From: Botryllus schlosseri
Lineage: Eukaryota
NCBI GenBank assembly: GCA_051294905.1
Contig: CM119371.1
Coordinates: 24,368,001 to 24,432,000 of the forward strand
Direction of reading: 5' to 3'
Length of the DNA: 64,000 nt
Shown: piece after piece, positions 38,801-53,800 of the stretch
Position numbering within the stretch: the first letter of the stretch is position 1
How the letters are laid out: each line of letters begins with the position of its first letter
The notes under the pieces: model-generated
What the model was told of the DNA's origin: nothing
Databases searched by the model: none
Seen by the model: the letters and a program-made list of their open reading frames with translations, nothing else
Program-made: the position numbers and the translations under genes

Positions 38801-41800
38801 AACAACATAACAGTAATACACATCCATTTTTATTTTAAACGACTTTTGTAGTACAGTTTCATGTAGTGTGGAATGTTGGAGTCTTTAAAGTTAAGATTTG
38901 GACGTAAAAATGACTTTAGTAAGGAAAATGAGCGCTCCACAGACGCTGATGTTGGTTGACACTTCTGCAATTTTGCATACAGCGCTGGTGAAATGTCTTG
39001 TCTTTGTAGCTCCATAATTTGTTTCACATCGTTTTTGTCCAATCGCTTCATAATGTAATTTTTGAGCTCAAGCGGATCTTTTCCGAAATCGAGGGAATTT
39101 AGATCAGCATGAGCCTCTTTGCTAGTGTACGCACAACTTTCCATTTTCAGTATCAAGTTTGAAATATTTTTGTAGTGGAGGCATATTTCTGTTAACTGAC
39201 TTGTCAACTTTGGATCGTTCACTGAATCTTTGACGCTCTTTACAACAACTCCTTCAGCTTCCCGTGCGTTGACTATTTCTTTCACTTGTGGAAGTCTCTG
39301 AACTTCAAATGACGTCCCACTTCAGTGCACAGAAGTAAAACAGATTGTGTAGCAACACAATGCAATGTGTGACCTCATAATGCAATGTGTGACCTCATAG
39401 GTCTGCGACTGTAATGTTATGTAGGCTAACCTTACAGTTTGCCTTCGTTCAATCAGAAATTGCCTTACTTTCTTAGTGCGTAATTGCTTCAATTGGCACT
39501 TTTTATTTAAAGTATACAACAATATGACTTTAAAACTCAAATATGACCTAACCAGGAAAATATGACTTTATATGACTTTATAACTTTCTTTATATACCCC
39601 ATATTGATGCGGTTTTTGCGTTAAAATTGATTTCACGACTTACTGATGCATAGAAAAAATATGACTGTAATGACTTTAAATGGCCCTAGTAATTACTATT
39701 ACAAGCGTGTTCACTCAGCCGTGAGAAGCCGGCATCGCCGTCCGCCTACCGAAATTCTGAACAGTCAGGTCAGCATTTCCTACGTAAAAACGAGATGAAT
39801 AATGCTAGAGCATTGAGTCATGTTTTGTTGAAATTAGAATATTTTAATCTTTGAAGTAGGTTATGGTCGAGAACGCAGAACGAGGCTACCAGAGTTCACA
39901 CCCGCTCATAAAAACAAAACTGCTGATCAAAACAGACACTTTTCGCCATTCAGCAGACCATGGCACTATGATGCGTCTTGCGGGTAGCTGTGTCATAGGC
40001 GTATAACGCCAAAGGGCAATATTCTCGTTATTATGATACCAAACAAGCCTGGATTAAGCGCATATATTTGATTTTATCGCAATCATCGTGAACCGATTCG
40101 AATTCCGGGAAAAGTACCGATTTTGAAGGGGTTAACAGTTTTTAATTACACAATCAACATTCTTCCCGATCAGCTAACTGTATTATCTCCGCCCAAAATG
40201 CGTCGCGATTCGCGGTTTTTAATCACACGATTAGCATTCTACGGGATCAAGCTACCTTTATTATCTCCACCCTAAGAGTGTCAGCTGCTAATCGAATGAC
40301 GCTGTTTCTAAAACAATGTTCCGAAAAGCGACTATACACACAATACTGAACAATGAACATTGAACATTGAATGAATAAAATTAGGACATTTATTGTGATG
40401 GAACTAATGACAGCCAGATAAAAATGTTGAAATGATGACAGAATATTTGCAGAATAGAGCAACATTAACTATTCATTCAGATTCAGATGGACGGTCTTGG
40501 CTTGTTAAAGATAGCTCGAGTTGACACTTTGAAAAATATGTTCAAGTTTCTGTCCATGCATTCAATAACGAATCTGCGTGTGAACATAAATCCCGTCATA
40601 CTTGGACCAAAGTTCACAGAGATTGTCACGTCTAGTGGACCGACAACACGGAAGGTGGGAAATTTGATTGTTCGATGTTACTGCAGAATTGAACTCTGTT
40701 GTCTGTTATACTACATAGAGTAAAAATACTTTGCAGCAGATTCGGCAACATCACATACTCCATATGACCCATGTCTTTGATGCTGCAATGCCTATAGCGC
40801 CCAAATGAAATCTAATAAACGAACCTATCGCTTATAAAACTGTAGAATGTAGTCTCTATTTGTCATTGATATTTACAAAAAAACGACTTAATAATATGCA
40901 ATGTCCACATGAATAAAGAAGCTCAAGTTGAAACGTTGAAACCCTATCTTCTGTGCCCGAGCATGGTGATAATGTTTAATTTTTAACCTAATTTCTGTAG
41001 TTCGAAGTGGATTAGAATCATTCAACTAACTTTTATATTTGTTCCAAGTGGGCGATTGGTCTCTTTGTATAACCCGTCTGGTAGTTGAGAATTACCTTTT
41101 GGAGTCTGCGAGATAATTTTGTAGCACCACGAAACACGTTCCAAAAAATCAAAGGATCAAGAGCGATGAAATTTTTGTGATAACAAAAATTCAAGGCAAC
41201 TTATTTTTAAACCTACCCCAATGGTGGTCAAACATAACGTTAATGAAGATGAGATATGAAATTTTGTTCGCACTTCGCGCGCTTTAGTGTCACTATGCTG
41301 TTCTTGATTATATTTTGCGTATACCCACTCATGAATAAAATACAACTGATTTCAAAGAAATCAGTCTTCATGTATTCGCAAATATAAGAACATCGCTTAA
41401 GACTGTTAGGAATGTAGCTTAGGGGTGCGCAACCTGCTGGTGCATCATCGACATTTCGGTGTTGACCATTTATGCGCCAGAACAGACTAAGGTTTGACCA
41501 ACATGCGATTTTACGAGAAGTACCCTGCCAAAGAGATTACCGTCGATTAAGCCGTGACCTTAAATAATTACCGCATGCTGGTTGGAACCTTAGAAACTTA
41601 TATGTTCAGCTGATCACGCACCGGAAAATCATGATCTAAGTCCTGCTTGCGAGAGACAAATGCGACTCGTGGAGAAACACAATGCTCCCATATCGAAATG
41701 CCAATTAAAAAGGGCTTTTCCTTTAGTTCAGTCGAGAATGTGTGAGCGATTTTAATGCTTACAGCACACTGATTTTCGTAACACTAGTCAATGCTTACTC

Positions 41801-44800
41801 AGCTCATAGCAAAAAATGACGAGTCATGCGTTTGCCATTAGGTAAATCGGCTCGTTCGTGTATTTGATGTATAAATGGTAGTGATGAACTTACCGGTAGC
41901 GTTAAGGCGGGTCAGAGTGATTCTCTCGCCAGAGGTTGATCGCGCTATGCTGCTCAAGGTCAAGTCAATCGGTTTCCGGGTTTGAATGTGAATTTGGACC
42001 GGTTACATGTAATTTACGATACTAGAGATGCGTTCTCGAAAACGCAACCAAACATAGCCAAGTTGGTCACAAATAATCAGCTACGCCGGTTACATTGTAG
42101 CAATAAATTCAATCGTGTGGTCTATTGTTTATTTTGTAAGGGACCATGAGCCATTTAAAATTACCAGGATTTATTTTACCATTTTTTATTTTAATATGAG
42201 AGCCACTTTCTATAATATACTATCTTCTACCAATAGTGACAGTTTTTCATATGTTGCATGCTTCGGCTTCGTTTCGTAATGTATCGTAAAAGTGGCTATC
42301 CTTTGCATTGTTGTGTAATTTCGAACATCGAGTCCACTCTCATGCGATTACTGCTGCAATGTTCTTAAACAATTTTTCAGGTCTCCATCATGACGATTGA
42401 AGACAAATCAATGACGTCTGAAAAATTTGAGGCATATTTGGATATTTTGCGGCACTGCAAATTCGACGGTCTGTCTCTAGCTAGTTGTGATCTCACCGAC
42501 AAAGATGTTGGCATGATTTTGCAGTGTTGTCGTACTCGGGGTATTGAGGTAATGACTATGGCATCTATAAGCTTATAGTTGCTATTAGGAATGCTTTCAA
42601 CCTCTGAAAGGTTCAGGTTCCTGTGAACGCGAACCTTTTTGAAAGGTTCGGTGCGAACGTGAACATCATGACATCACGTGACGTCAATTTGCTAATCCCA
42701 ACCCTACATTTCAGTGAAGTGATAGCCTATATTAATGTACAGTTGTACACGATACCTAACGATGACTAAGGCCACAAATTGTCTCAAGGCCACATAATGT
42801 CATAATGCTGAAGTACATATTACAGTTTTAAAAGTCGTCAAATGTATGAACTGGCTATCTTTGCTTGCTTTGCCAACAATTTCGCTTTGCAAGGGAATAT
42901 GAGCCTACGCCTTAACGGTCTAGGCCTGAACGGATAATGTATTCGGCGTCTGAGTATTGCTATGTAGATATTGAGCAGTGTGAAACGAGTTTCTATACTT
43001 GCCACCGATATTACCACATTAACAAAGTTATACAGCAGTAGCCAACAGGCGAATCACAAGGATTTGGTTTTTATGGTACATAAACATATGAAGTCAAAAT
43101 TGACCCCGTACGCCCGCTAGATTTATCACATCAGACAACGATGTCCATTTCTTGATTGGTTGAATAAGCATCATTCAATGCCCACCTACTACTTGTAGTG
43201 TATTTCTGTCTTGATGATGTTCTTTGATTGCGTTTCAAGCTCACAGCAGATTCACTAAATGTTCACAAATGGAAAACTGGATAATTCGTGCAAACTTTTG
43301 AAGCAAAGCAAGTAAAAATTTCCAGTTTGTCATGGTGCATGCTCGTTTAGTGTTGATTTTTATACTTCCAGGGCCATGAATAGAGTGGCCTGCAGTTGAA
43401 ATGCAATAAATTTCAACCAGAGATGCAATAATGAAGTGAGAATTGTAACATATGAAAAAGGCTTGCAGTGCCGAACCTACCAAGGTTTTTTTGTGAACGC
43501 GAAACTCTACATTTCTGAGGTTCGCAGACAGAACGCGAACGTGAAACTCACTTTCACACCATTCCTAGTCGCTATGTTAATTGGACATTGCGAAAATAAT
43601 GAAATCATAAATACCTTGGATGAATTTGTAATTTCGGAATCTGGAGTAGGCCTATTCAAGATATGAAAATATTCCAAATCGTGTACCTGATAATGACAGG
43701 TGGAGGTGGTGCATAAAAGATTTTAGAATTACTATATATTCCGCCCTGTGCTGGGATTCAAATTTTTCATATCACAGAAAATCATATTAGTTGGCAAATA
43801 AAATGAATTTTTCGTATATGTGTTACAACAAATTTAAAAGAAGAGAAGATAAATTGAAAGCGGTGCAATGGCAAAATCAACAGTGAGGCAAGTCAAGATA
43901 ATATCCTTACATGCAGCTATAAAAAACAGTCTGACTCACTCGAGGACTTTCTGACAACAGCTCCTCTCACTATCACACCATTCAAAATCAAATATGTGAC
44001 AACACACAGCTAGCGCTAGCGCTAGCGAGGTCGCTAGTGAAGTCGATTCCGGTGTGTTTCACTTGCAAGCTCGCTTGTGAATTTTGTCGTGACAGTATCA
44101 CATCACAGCCTTGAAAAAAATTATTGTGAAAAATGGATCAATTGTTCGGAGACTTCAGTTAACACATTGCAACATATAAAACTGAATGACATTTGTGACT
44201 ACAAAAACGAATCTCATGATATTTAAATAGGTGAAAATACAAGAACCACAAGAAATCAATGCTTAAATTACAGCACATTCTATGTAAAACGATAACGACA
44301 CTGGCCGTGTAATGATGGACGCAGAGATAACAAAATCTGATAAAAAACTATTAATGATACCCAACCGATTCTTGATATGAAAGATCATGACTGCTACTGG
44401 ATATTTTGTGGCGCCGATTTTACGATTTGATCATGGTGGTCACTTTATCCATCAAGTAGCTGTTGTGCCCTACAAAGCTCTCCGCAACTCTCTAACGTCA
44501 AGCCAATCGCAAATAAATATATCACTACGATCCCGCATTTGCCTGCTGAAAGATGCGTTAATTTATTGAATGACCGTGCCTATTAAAGCAGGGATGGGTA
44601 ATTATTTTCCTCCACGGGCCAAATGAGAATTAGAATATACGTTGGCGGGCCGAGTGGAAAGTCAATATTCTCCAGAGTATTTCATATCATTTCTAAATTA
44701 CATTGTTAAGAAATGCTGCTCAGTGAATATGTTGATGTTAGGTAGGCTTACCATATTTTGGAAATCTAAGAAGAGGACACTTTTTCATAAATTTGAGACT

Positions 44801-47800
44801 TGCAAAACCGGAGAAGAATTCTCAAAAATCGGTGAATTTTTCCCACTTTGTGATCAGTTGACTAAAAAAAAGGTCAACTTTGCGCTCAGAGTTCAAAATA
44901 CCGTTTTTCTCTCCACATTGCTAGGTGGATGACTAAAAAAAAGGTCAACTTTTCGCTCGGAGCTCAATTCACCGTTTTTCAATCAGAAATACCCGTCGGA
45001 TCGTCACTTCTGTGCTAATTTACGGCATATCACTCGCATTTTGCTCGTACCGTGAGGTTGCAATATCATTCAGCTTTCCGAAGTTATGATATGGGATGGA
45101 ACGATGACATCCGATGTCTATTGTGATGTCGCGGCTATTCTCGGTGTCACGGGATGTACGAAAGTAACTTTCGGAAATTGTGATCTGACGAAACAGAAGT
45201 TGGGGTGCTTCACGAGAAACTGCAAGAGAAATCAAATATCAGTGAGTTGGAAAATGTGTTGATAAAATTGTCAGTATGTAAATAATTCTTTTTTTTCGAA
45301 ATCATGCAGATAAAGAGAGGCGTATAGCAGAAATTGAGAGAGTTCTCGTAAAGCATTATGATTTCCAAATGCCAAATTTAGATGCGACAGTGGTTCTCAA
45401 ACTAGGGGTCGCCAGACAATATTGCAGGACCTAAAAGCACGTTCCAAACAATTCACACGATCCAGAACAAACAATTTCATAGAACTTGAAAAAATCAGCA
45501 ATTTAGTGTCCAAACCAACACTCGGAGGGCCCGAAGCTATAGCATAAAGCATATTGTTTTGTTGTTGAGGGATTCCATTAGAAATTTATTCGCGGTTCGC
45601 ACGATTCAGTGTCACTAAAATATTGTATTGTGCGTATATGCGAATAATTTTACAGAAATGGGATACTTGTGGTAATTGGCGTACTACCTGCAGTTGCATC
45701 ATTGGTATTTTGGTGCGGGTCTTTATTCCGCGCCAAGACATCCTGGAACATTCGAAGGCTCCGCCAGCATGCTACTCAACTAAAAGTGCCCTGCCAAAAA
45801 TATCACCAGCAATAGTGATCTCCACATTTAGGCCAAAATCTTGTACAGTACTATCTCCAGGCGATGAAATAGCCGGCACCGAATAGTCGAGTCGTTGCAA
45901 TTCAAGCAATGTCCTGTATTATTGCAAATTTGAAAGTGACTTTTTCCATCAATTCGGTCAGGCTTGTGTGAGTTATTACAATACACTGGTCTACACAAAA
46001 TTTCAGGTTTGGGTTTTGACAACTAATTTTGGCTAATTTTGCGGCGCTGAATCCGAAAATGACCTCAGATTTTCTCCATCACATCATGTTTTTGAGAAAT
46101 GAAATAGCCCCAATTTTTTTAGAAAGTTTATTTTGACCCCCCTCTGCTCACAAAAAAGGAATTCTGATGCAATAAACACCGTTTTTCCTGTAATCATCTA
46201 GCTTTAACTAGCAAACAAGCATTTTATATTAGATTCACACAAATTTGCGTTGTCTTTATTAAAATTTCATGCCCGGAATAAAAAACAGGCATGCAAAAGA
46301 GAAACCATAATAATATCAAAAGTTACATTATGCTGAAGAACATGTCGATAGAAAAGTAACAAAGTATAATCAGAATTATGGCCTAGAGTTCACACAATAT
46401 GCACATAGACATCCCAATGGAGTGCAGGAATTCTGAAGACAGGAACTTGGACAGGACGAGTTCAGAAACAGTCAAAAAATTGCTTTCATAAAATACGAAC
46501 TCTTCACTTATAAGCTTGAAAAGGCTCTTTTGGGGGACTTTATTTTACGAGCAGCATCTGGAATTTATCTTTTGCAACTCCAGCAATAGTCGGCTATTAT
46601 ATGAAATCCAGGTACAGGTTGCGACTGTGTCCTTGTCCTTGTACCGGATTTTCACTGGTGTGAGAAATAGATGAATCTATAAATCCCGCAAACCTTGATA
46701 ACGTGCTTCCATAAGTGTAATATATTGGCGGAAACGCTCACCCTGTTCTTCACTAACATTCCCAAGGTGTTCTGAAAACCCATCCGCATGGCTCTTCAAA
46801 TCGTTAACTTTGATGCTCATCCTGCATCTCAAATCTTCAAAACCAAGCAGTAGCTCCCTTAAGAGATATTTATAATTTTCTGCTTTTATGTTTCCCAAAC
46901 AACCGCACTGAAAGAATTCCAAGCTCTAGCCTCAAATGACAACATTGATTGTAGGTTATACAAGATTTTGATCCTTTAACGATTGCGTAATTTGTGGTCC
47001 ATTGAAAATCCCAGTTCTTTTTTGTTTTCACCGAGACCAGAAAAAGCATAACATATTACGTATTGTTTCATGAGACCACATTTGATGTGAAGAGGAGGCA
47101 AGAGGATATTTGTGATATCAACAAACTAATCAGTGATCACGTATTGAAGTTTTGTCTCCAGGCGTCAAGCTGAGCCTTGGAGGCCACTATTTTTTGTTCC
47201 ACTGCTGATCCTTAACCCTGCTGTCCCAATAGCATGGGAAACATGGGTATTCGGTGTAGCCACTTGGTTGCCCCAGCAAAAAGTTCACCATTTTAAAATC
47301 TACACAGATGAACCAGCTATGGTCATAGTGCTTCAACTTTTCGAGAACGATTTTGATGTTCTGATACTCTTCTTCATTGTTCATTGCAATAACAAGTCAC
47401 GTTTATACAAGCTTTGGGAGTTGTTCTTTTGCATGTCTTTTTTTTATTCCAAGGCATGAAATTTTAATAAAGACAACGCAATACAGTGTTTATCACATCA
47501 GGGTCAAAAATTGATTTTTTTTCAAAAATAGGGATATTTCATATCTCAAAAACGCGATGTGATAGAGAATATCCGAGGCCATTTTCGGATTCAGCGCCCC
47601 AAAATTACCCAAAATCAATTGTCAAAACCCAAACCTGAAAAAAGTTGAAATTTGTAGACCAGTGATATCAGTCGAGTAGCGACAATCATTACGTGAGTCC
47701 ACGAAATAACAACGTCAATCTACAAAGTAGGCTACTTATTAATATTGATAAAATATATTCCGTGACTGTAAAATTTTCGCGCCTACCGCGAGTAGAACAC

Positions 47801-50800
47801 GGCTGTATAATGATTTTTCATAAAACTGGTTGGTGCTTAGAAACGAAGAAATTTGGTGTTTTGCGTTTTTTATGCTTAAGGTTCAGGATTACCTATAGCT
47901 GGTTTATGAATCGGGTTGATTAAGGGTAGTGATGAAGTTAGCTGTAGAAGTAAGACAGGTCTGAACGATTCGTTACCCAGATATCAGGCTTATAAACCTT
48001 TGTTCGCAATAATTAATGAATATATGAATTTGAAACAGTTTAATGAGAGTCACTACATTAGGGCCGTGTAGCCAAAAACGTAACTAAACATGGCCCAGTT
48101 GATCGCACCTCGGCGTCATACAAATCCATCACATTGACCCCATAAAATATTATGTGTTGTATTGTTTTGATTATATAAGGGACCGAGATTCAGTTAAGAT
48201 ATTGCCAAGGAACCGTTTCTTGAATGATTTTGAAAGTTTGAGAACGACAGGTAATACACAATCACACCGCTATGTATATTTATAATTCATGTCTTCTGGC
48301 CTTTCGAATAAACAAAGAATTAAACTGAGCTTAACCTACACTGTATTTGTAAAAAAAAAACGTTTGTGTTATATATTTGTTGCTGCGTAGATCTCTCGTC
48401 TGCAAATATGGGATCATAAAATGCCAGTTGAAGTTTATCGCGAAATCGCAGTTACACTCAAGGCCACGAATAGCAAAGGAATGCTGTTCCAAAACTGCGA
48501 ATTGACAAGATCAAAGCTTTCGGAATTCTACACCGGATGTAAAGACAACGCTCTATCCGTAAGTCCCCTTATTGTATATGAAACTTGCATCGCAAAGGTT
48601 AGAGTGCTTACAAGGGTGATCGTCATCTACCACTAGATCATGAGGAGTTCTTGATAGACTTTGCGATACTACATGCAATATTAGAATCATACGACATCGT
48701 GAATGAAACGGATGATATTAACAGTAAATGCTGGTTATAATCGACCCTATATTTTCAATTCTACGTAATAAGGTGTCATCTACGTATGTCAGTCCACTGT
48801 GACACACTAATGAAAATACTTAATAAGTAGGGCGATTTTTTTTTGACATGTCAAAAAAAGTCAAAATAAGGTCAAAATTCTAGCGTTAGGTCAAAAAATG
48901 TCAAAATTGTTCACAAAGACAAGATTTTTTGCAACCTGCAATTCATTTGTATCGTAGAATTTGCACAATCGGTGAACGTATCGTTTGACATTTCACAGCT
49001 TGTAGCCTACTCTATAGGCCTACCGTTGCATACAGCGCAATTGTCTGCTCATTGTGAATCATAACAGTCAAATGAAATAAACAGGTTGACACGATGTTAT
49101 GCTCAACGTACCGCAATATCCTAAGTGAAGCAAGACTGCGAGGGCATTGCATGGTTCTTACATCTGTATGAAAAATTGAGATGTACACCATTGTCAGAAT
49201 GTAGCAACTCTGTGTGTCACCAGCAGTGTACGCACGCACAACTTCATTGCTGTCAGCCAACAGCTGCTACAGTTGAACGTTCTTTCTCCATTCTTGTTGT
49301 TGTTGTTTGTATATTCATGGTGTTTGTCGAATACAATGGTCATTTACACCAGGCCAATATTCCTTATTTTCGATTCCGTATCCGCCGAGTATCTGCCAAC
49401 TTGTAGCACGGCCCACTTCTATGCTTTTTGTAAGACACCGCTTACGCGGTGAGATGACGAGGAGCCTAGATAAACCTTCAACACTTGGGTAGTAATTCTG
49501 GAGTCGACCTCGGTTGGACTAGAATCCACAACCCATTGGTGCTGTAGCTGTGGATTATACCACTATACGCTATCTCGCCACATCTCCATTATTGACAAGC
49601 TATTTAGTAAATACTGACACTTTTTACCCGAGAATCAGGGATATCTGTAACTAGATATGTAGATATCCCTGCCGAGAATGTAGGAAAGTATCTTTCTTTG
49701 TACTACAACAATTTTTAATTGTTTTCCCTACAGTATGTCACGTACTGGAATTCATTATAGGGCCAGATTTTGTTAAAATAATATTTTGTTATGTAAAGAT
49801 TTGTCAGTTTTTGAGTCAAAAAAGTTTTTTCAGGACAAACTACTTCGTAAGGACAGACAGTTCAAACCAGAAATGAGGATAAGTAGTAAAATTCTAACAT
49901 TTTTCGGGAAAACACCTAATTTGCATACGTTAAGTCAAAATATGATCAAAATTTAGTTTTTTAAGGTCAAAAAATGTCAAAATTCAGATTTTTTAGGTCA
50001 AAATCTTTCGTTTTTTAGGTAAAAAAAAGTCAAAATAAGGTCAAAATTCTAGCGTTAGGTCAAAAAATGTCAAAATTGTTCACAAAGACAAGATTTTTTG
50101 CAACCTGCAATTCATTTGTATCGTAGAATTTGCACAATCGGTGAACTTATCGTTTGACATTTCACAGCTTGTAGCCTACTCTATAGGCCTACCGTTGCAT
50201 ACAGCGCAATTGTCTGCTCATTGTGAATCATAACAGTCAAATGAAATAAATAGGTTGACACGATGTTATGCTCAACGTACCGCAATATCCTAAGTGAAGC
50301 AAGACTGCGAGGGCATTGCATGGTTCTTACATCTGTATGAAAAATTGAGATGTACACCATTGTCAGAATGTAGCAACACGGTGTGTCACCAGCAGTGTAC
50401 GCACGCACAACTTCATTGTTGTCGGCCAACAGCTGCAACAGTTGAACGTTCTTTCTCCATTCTTGTTGTTGTTGTTTGTATATTCATGGTGTTTGTCGAA
50501 TACAATGGTCATTTACACCAGGCCAATTTTCCTTATTTTCGATTCCGTATCCGCCGAGTATCTGCCAACTTGTAGCACGGCCCACTTCTATGCTTTTTGT
50601 AAGACACCGCTCACGCGGTGAGATGACGAGGAGCCTAGATAAACCTTCAACACTTGGGTAGTAATTCTGGAGTCGACCTCGGTTGGACTAGAACCCACAA
50701 CCCATTGGTGCTGTAGCTGTGGATTATACCACTATACGCTATGTCGCCACATCTCCATTATTGACAAGCTATTTAGTAAATACTGACACTTTTTACCCGA

Positions 50801-53800
50801 GAATCAGGGATATCTGTAACTAGATATGTAGATATCTCTGCCGAGAATGTAGGAAAGTATCTTTCTTTGTACTACAACAATTTTTAATTGTTTCCCGATA
50901 GTATGTCACGTACTGGAATTCATTATAGGGCCAGATTTTGTTAAAATAATATTTTGTTATGTAAAGATTTGTCAGTTTTTGAGTCAAAAAAGTTTTTTCA
51001 GGGCAAACTACTTCGTAAGGACAGACAGTTCAAACCAGAAATGAGGATAAGTAGTAGAATTCCAACATTTTTTGGGAAAACACCTAATTTGCATACGTTA
51101 AGTCAAAATATGGTCAAAATTTAGTTTTTTAAGGTCAAAAAATGTCAAAATTCAGATTTTTTACGTCAAAATCTTTCGTTTTTTAGGTCAAAAAAAAATC
51201 GCCCTATAATAAGATAATAGGCTAATAGCACGTAATTCAAGGGATTCGTCGTATGCAACATATTTCTACGTTGAAATGTCATAGGATGGTCATACCATCC
51301 ATCTACATAAATTCATGTAGTCGGATTTCCTGCGATTTTTCGGTGCAGTACATACTCGGACCAGATGATTACTCATCAAATGTTTCTGCACGTCATTCTA
51401 AATCTTCTGTGGCCGATTATATGCACGAAAGTCTGTCCATTGTGTCCATGTTATCTACTGATGCTAATCGTTGTAATTCATAGCAGTTGTCATTTTATTT
51501 TCTGGTATTTAAGGTGTTAGTCGACTACTATGATCATAGTCATTTACGCCGGGTAAATTTTCTTCATATTTATTGCGTAGCTGCCGACTTGGAGCAAGGC
51601 CCACTACAAGGCTCTTATGAGACACAGCTTACACAGATGTGGTTTGTGGTTTATGACAGGAGTTCTCGATTATCGCCATTGTAACTGTTACTGTTACAAT
51701 GAAATCAAAAAAAACATACAATCTACAGCTTCGTCGGTTCCAAACAAGGGTCCAATCTACCGCATCCAACGTTTGTGCATCTTTGTTGGCAACTGTGACT
51801 CAAGCACCCGAGTGAATATGGTCCCTGGTGATATTATCCGGAGAGAGAACAATATGCTCTCCTTGCCATTACGCTGCCATCTTTACAACCTTCCTGAATG
51901 CGAGAGCCAAACGCTGCGACTTCTAGGCGAAAGGAGTATCCTGTAGAATGGACCAAGGCACTTCAATCGGGTGTATCGTACACCTTAGGGCAGAGCTCCT
52001 AACACAATTAGTCTGCAGCTAAAACTGAACCAACATAATGTAACTGAGCTTTCGAACCTTGAATCGGTTAACATAGATTGTTAAATCATCAAGAACGAAT
52101 TACGCATTCTCAGAGGTGGTCAGTAACGAAGTACTTCAACTTTTTCGAAGTACTTAAGTAGTTTCCGCTACGCCGGGTACTTACTCAAGTAAATCTGATT
52201 TTCGCTACTTCCACTTTGTAATATTTTTTGATCTACTTACTTACTTTTCGCTATTTTCAGTTTGTCAAGTAGCAGTAGTTTAATCCTCCAATCAGGAAGA
52301 TAGCCTGAGGAATTTCGGGGCTGTTTTCACGGAGCATCAATATTTAATTTTCGGAAAATTTGAATAAAGCTCAGAATTTTCGTCGCGCTTTGCGCGCAGT
52401 GGATACGAGGTAACCAATATGATTTCACTGAAGTTTCGGTGAATATAATTTAGGTAGCGGGTTAGCGTGGTTTCGTTCACACCGCATTGTCGCCCTTCGC
52501 AATATCAAATATTTCATCACAGTATATAATATTATGGCTCATCCTAACGTTTAAAACTGATGTTTCGCATTCTAGCATTTACTTATCATATCGTAATTTA
52601 GCAGTCCATGGCGTGTCCTAATCTGAAAAAGTGAACTCTGACTTTTTTTGTAATTTTAGAGCTGTTTTAGCATAGCAACCTTCGAAACTTTCTGGACTAA
52701 ATACATGTGATACATGAGTTCTTTGATTTCTTACTAATATCAGTTCTTTTGTCTTAATAACATAGATGTTGAAGTATAAAAGCAAGTGTGGTACTGCCTT
52801 CAACTTCCGGAAACATAGTTACACAGTAGGTCTATGGCATTTTTACGATCCATCATATTTTTTAATAATGTTTACTAATCGCGCAAAGTGTTTACACCGT
52901 ATGCTATAGAAGTTCTCCGTATTGCTCTTCGACTAAACTACAGGCTTTAGCATCGCATTTCAACATCAATACCATCATTTACATCCCATGATGCGGACGA
53001 AGGCTTATGCTGTCGAAACTTGGAAACCTCCTGGTAGGCATCAATAAGCTCTGCACCTTTGTCGTAGCTCAATTTGTACCTTTTTACAATCCGTGTGAAC
53101 GAATTACGATCGTTTCCACCATAGTATCTTATATGGTGTGGACACAGCCAGAGTGAACGTATCTCTGCATTCGGGTTACGTCATACTTTCCATTTGAGCA
53201 AAGGCAACTTTACGGCTATTTTTTCCGGCTTGCCGAGCTCCAAATTCACTAAAACGGGCATCAATGGAAAGCTGCTGCTATACTGATTATGAAAATATAA
53301 CTTTTATTCTGTTCGTGGTCCTGGAACCCTCCAAATCAGCGAAGAATTTGCATTGTTATCGTGTTTTGTCATTGCGACGCCACAGGACTGTCTGACTCTT
53401 TCTTCTCATCTTCACTTTCGTTTTTCCAGTCAGAATTGTTGCGTCACAATGCTAAAACACGATCAGGACACCATGGTTTTCACAACTACTTACTTACTTG
53501 AGTAGATTTGAAGTTAGTCAATTCTACTCCTACTTCAAGTAGTTTTAGGTCGCTCATGAACGAAATACTTCTACTCGTATTTGAGTAGATTTTTTCGTCA
53601 CTACTTTTACTTCTACTTGAGTAACTTTATTGACTATTTTGACCACCTCTGCGGCATTCTCCAATGTAGAGAACACTCAAAGGAAATATCCCATTGGAGA
53701 ATTGATTGTAGATTGGCGCATAATCATGTCTAAGGGATAAGGGGGTAGTAAAAAAATTGGCAGGTGAAAATCTGAAAAGGTAAAATACCTCCTTTCGAAG

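Noticed and set aside
41880..42210. Similarity to 47925-48250 as a relic of ancient exon duplication
   Set aside because: Both segments end in MITE-like termini, so independent insertions explain them equally well.
49012..50661. Duplicated small ORFs as a gene pair
   Set aside because: They span hAT remnant and SINE sequence within the 1169-bp duplication.
51700..52050. LINE reverse-transcriptase fragments (also ~32800-33420, 45700-45900, 60020-60350)
   Set aside because: Only a vague resemblance; no diagnostic motif could be confirmed by eye.
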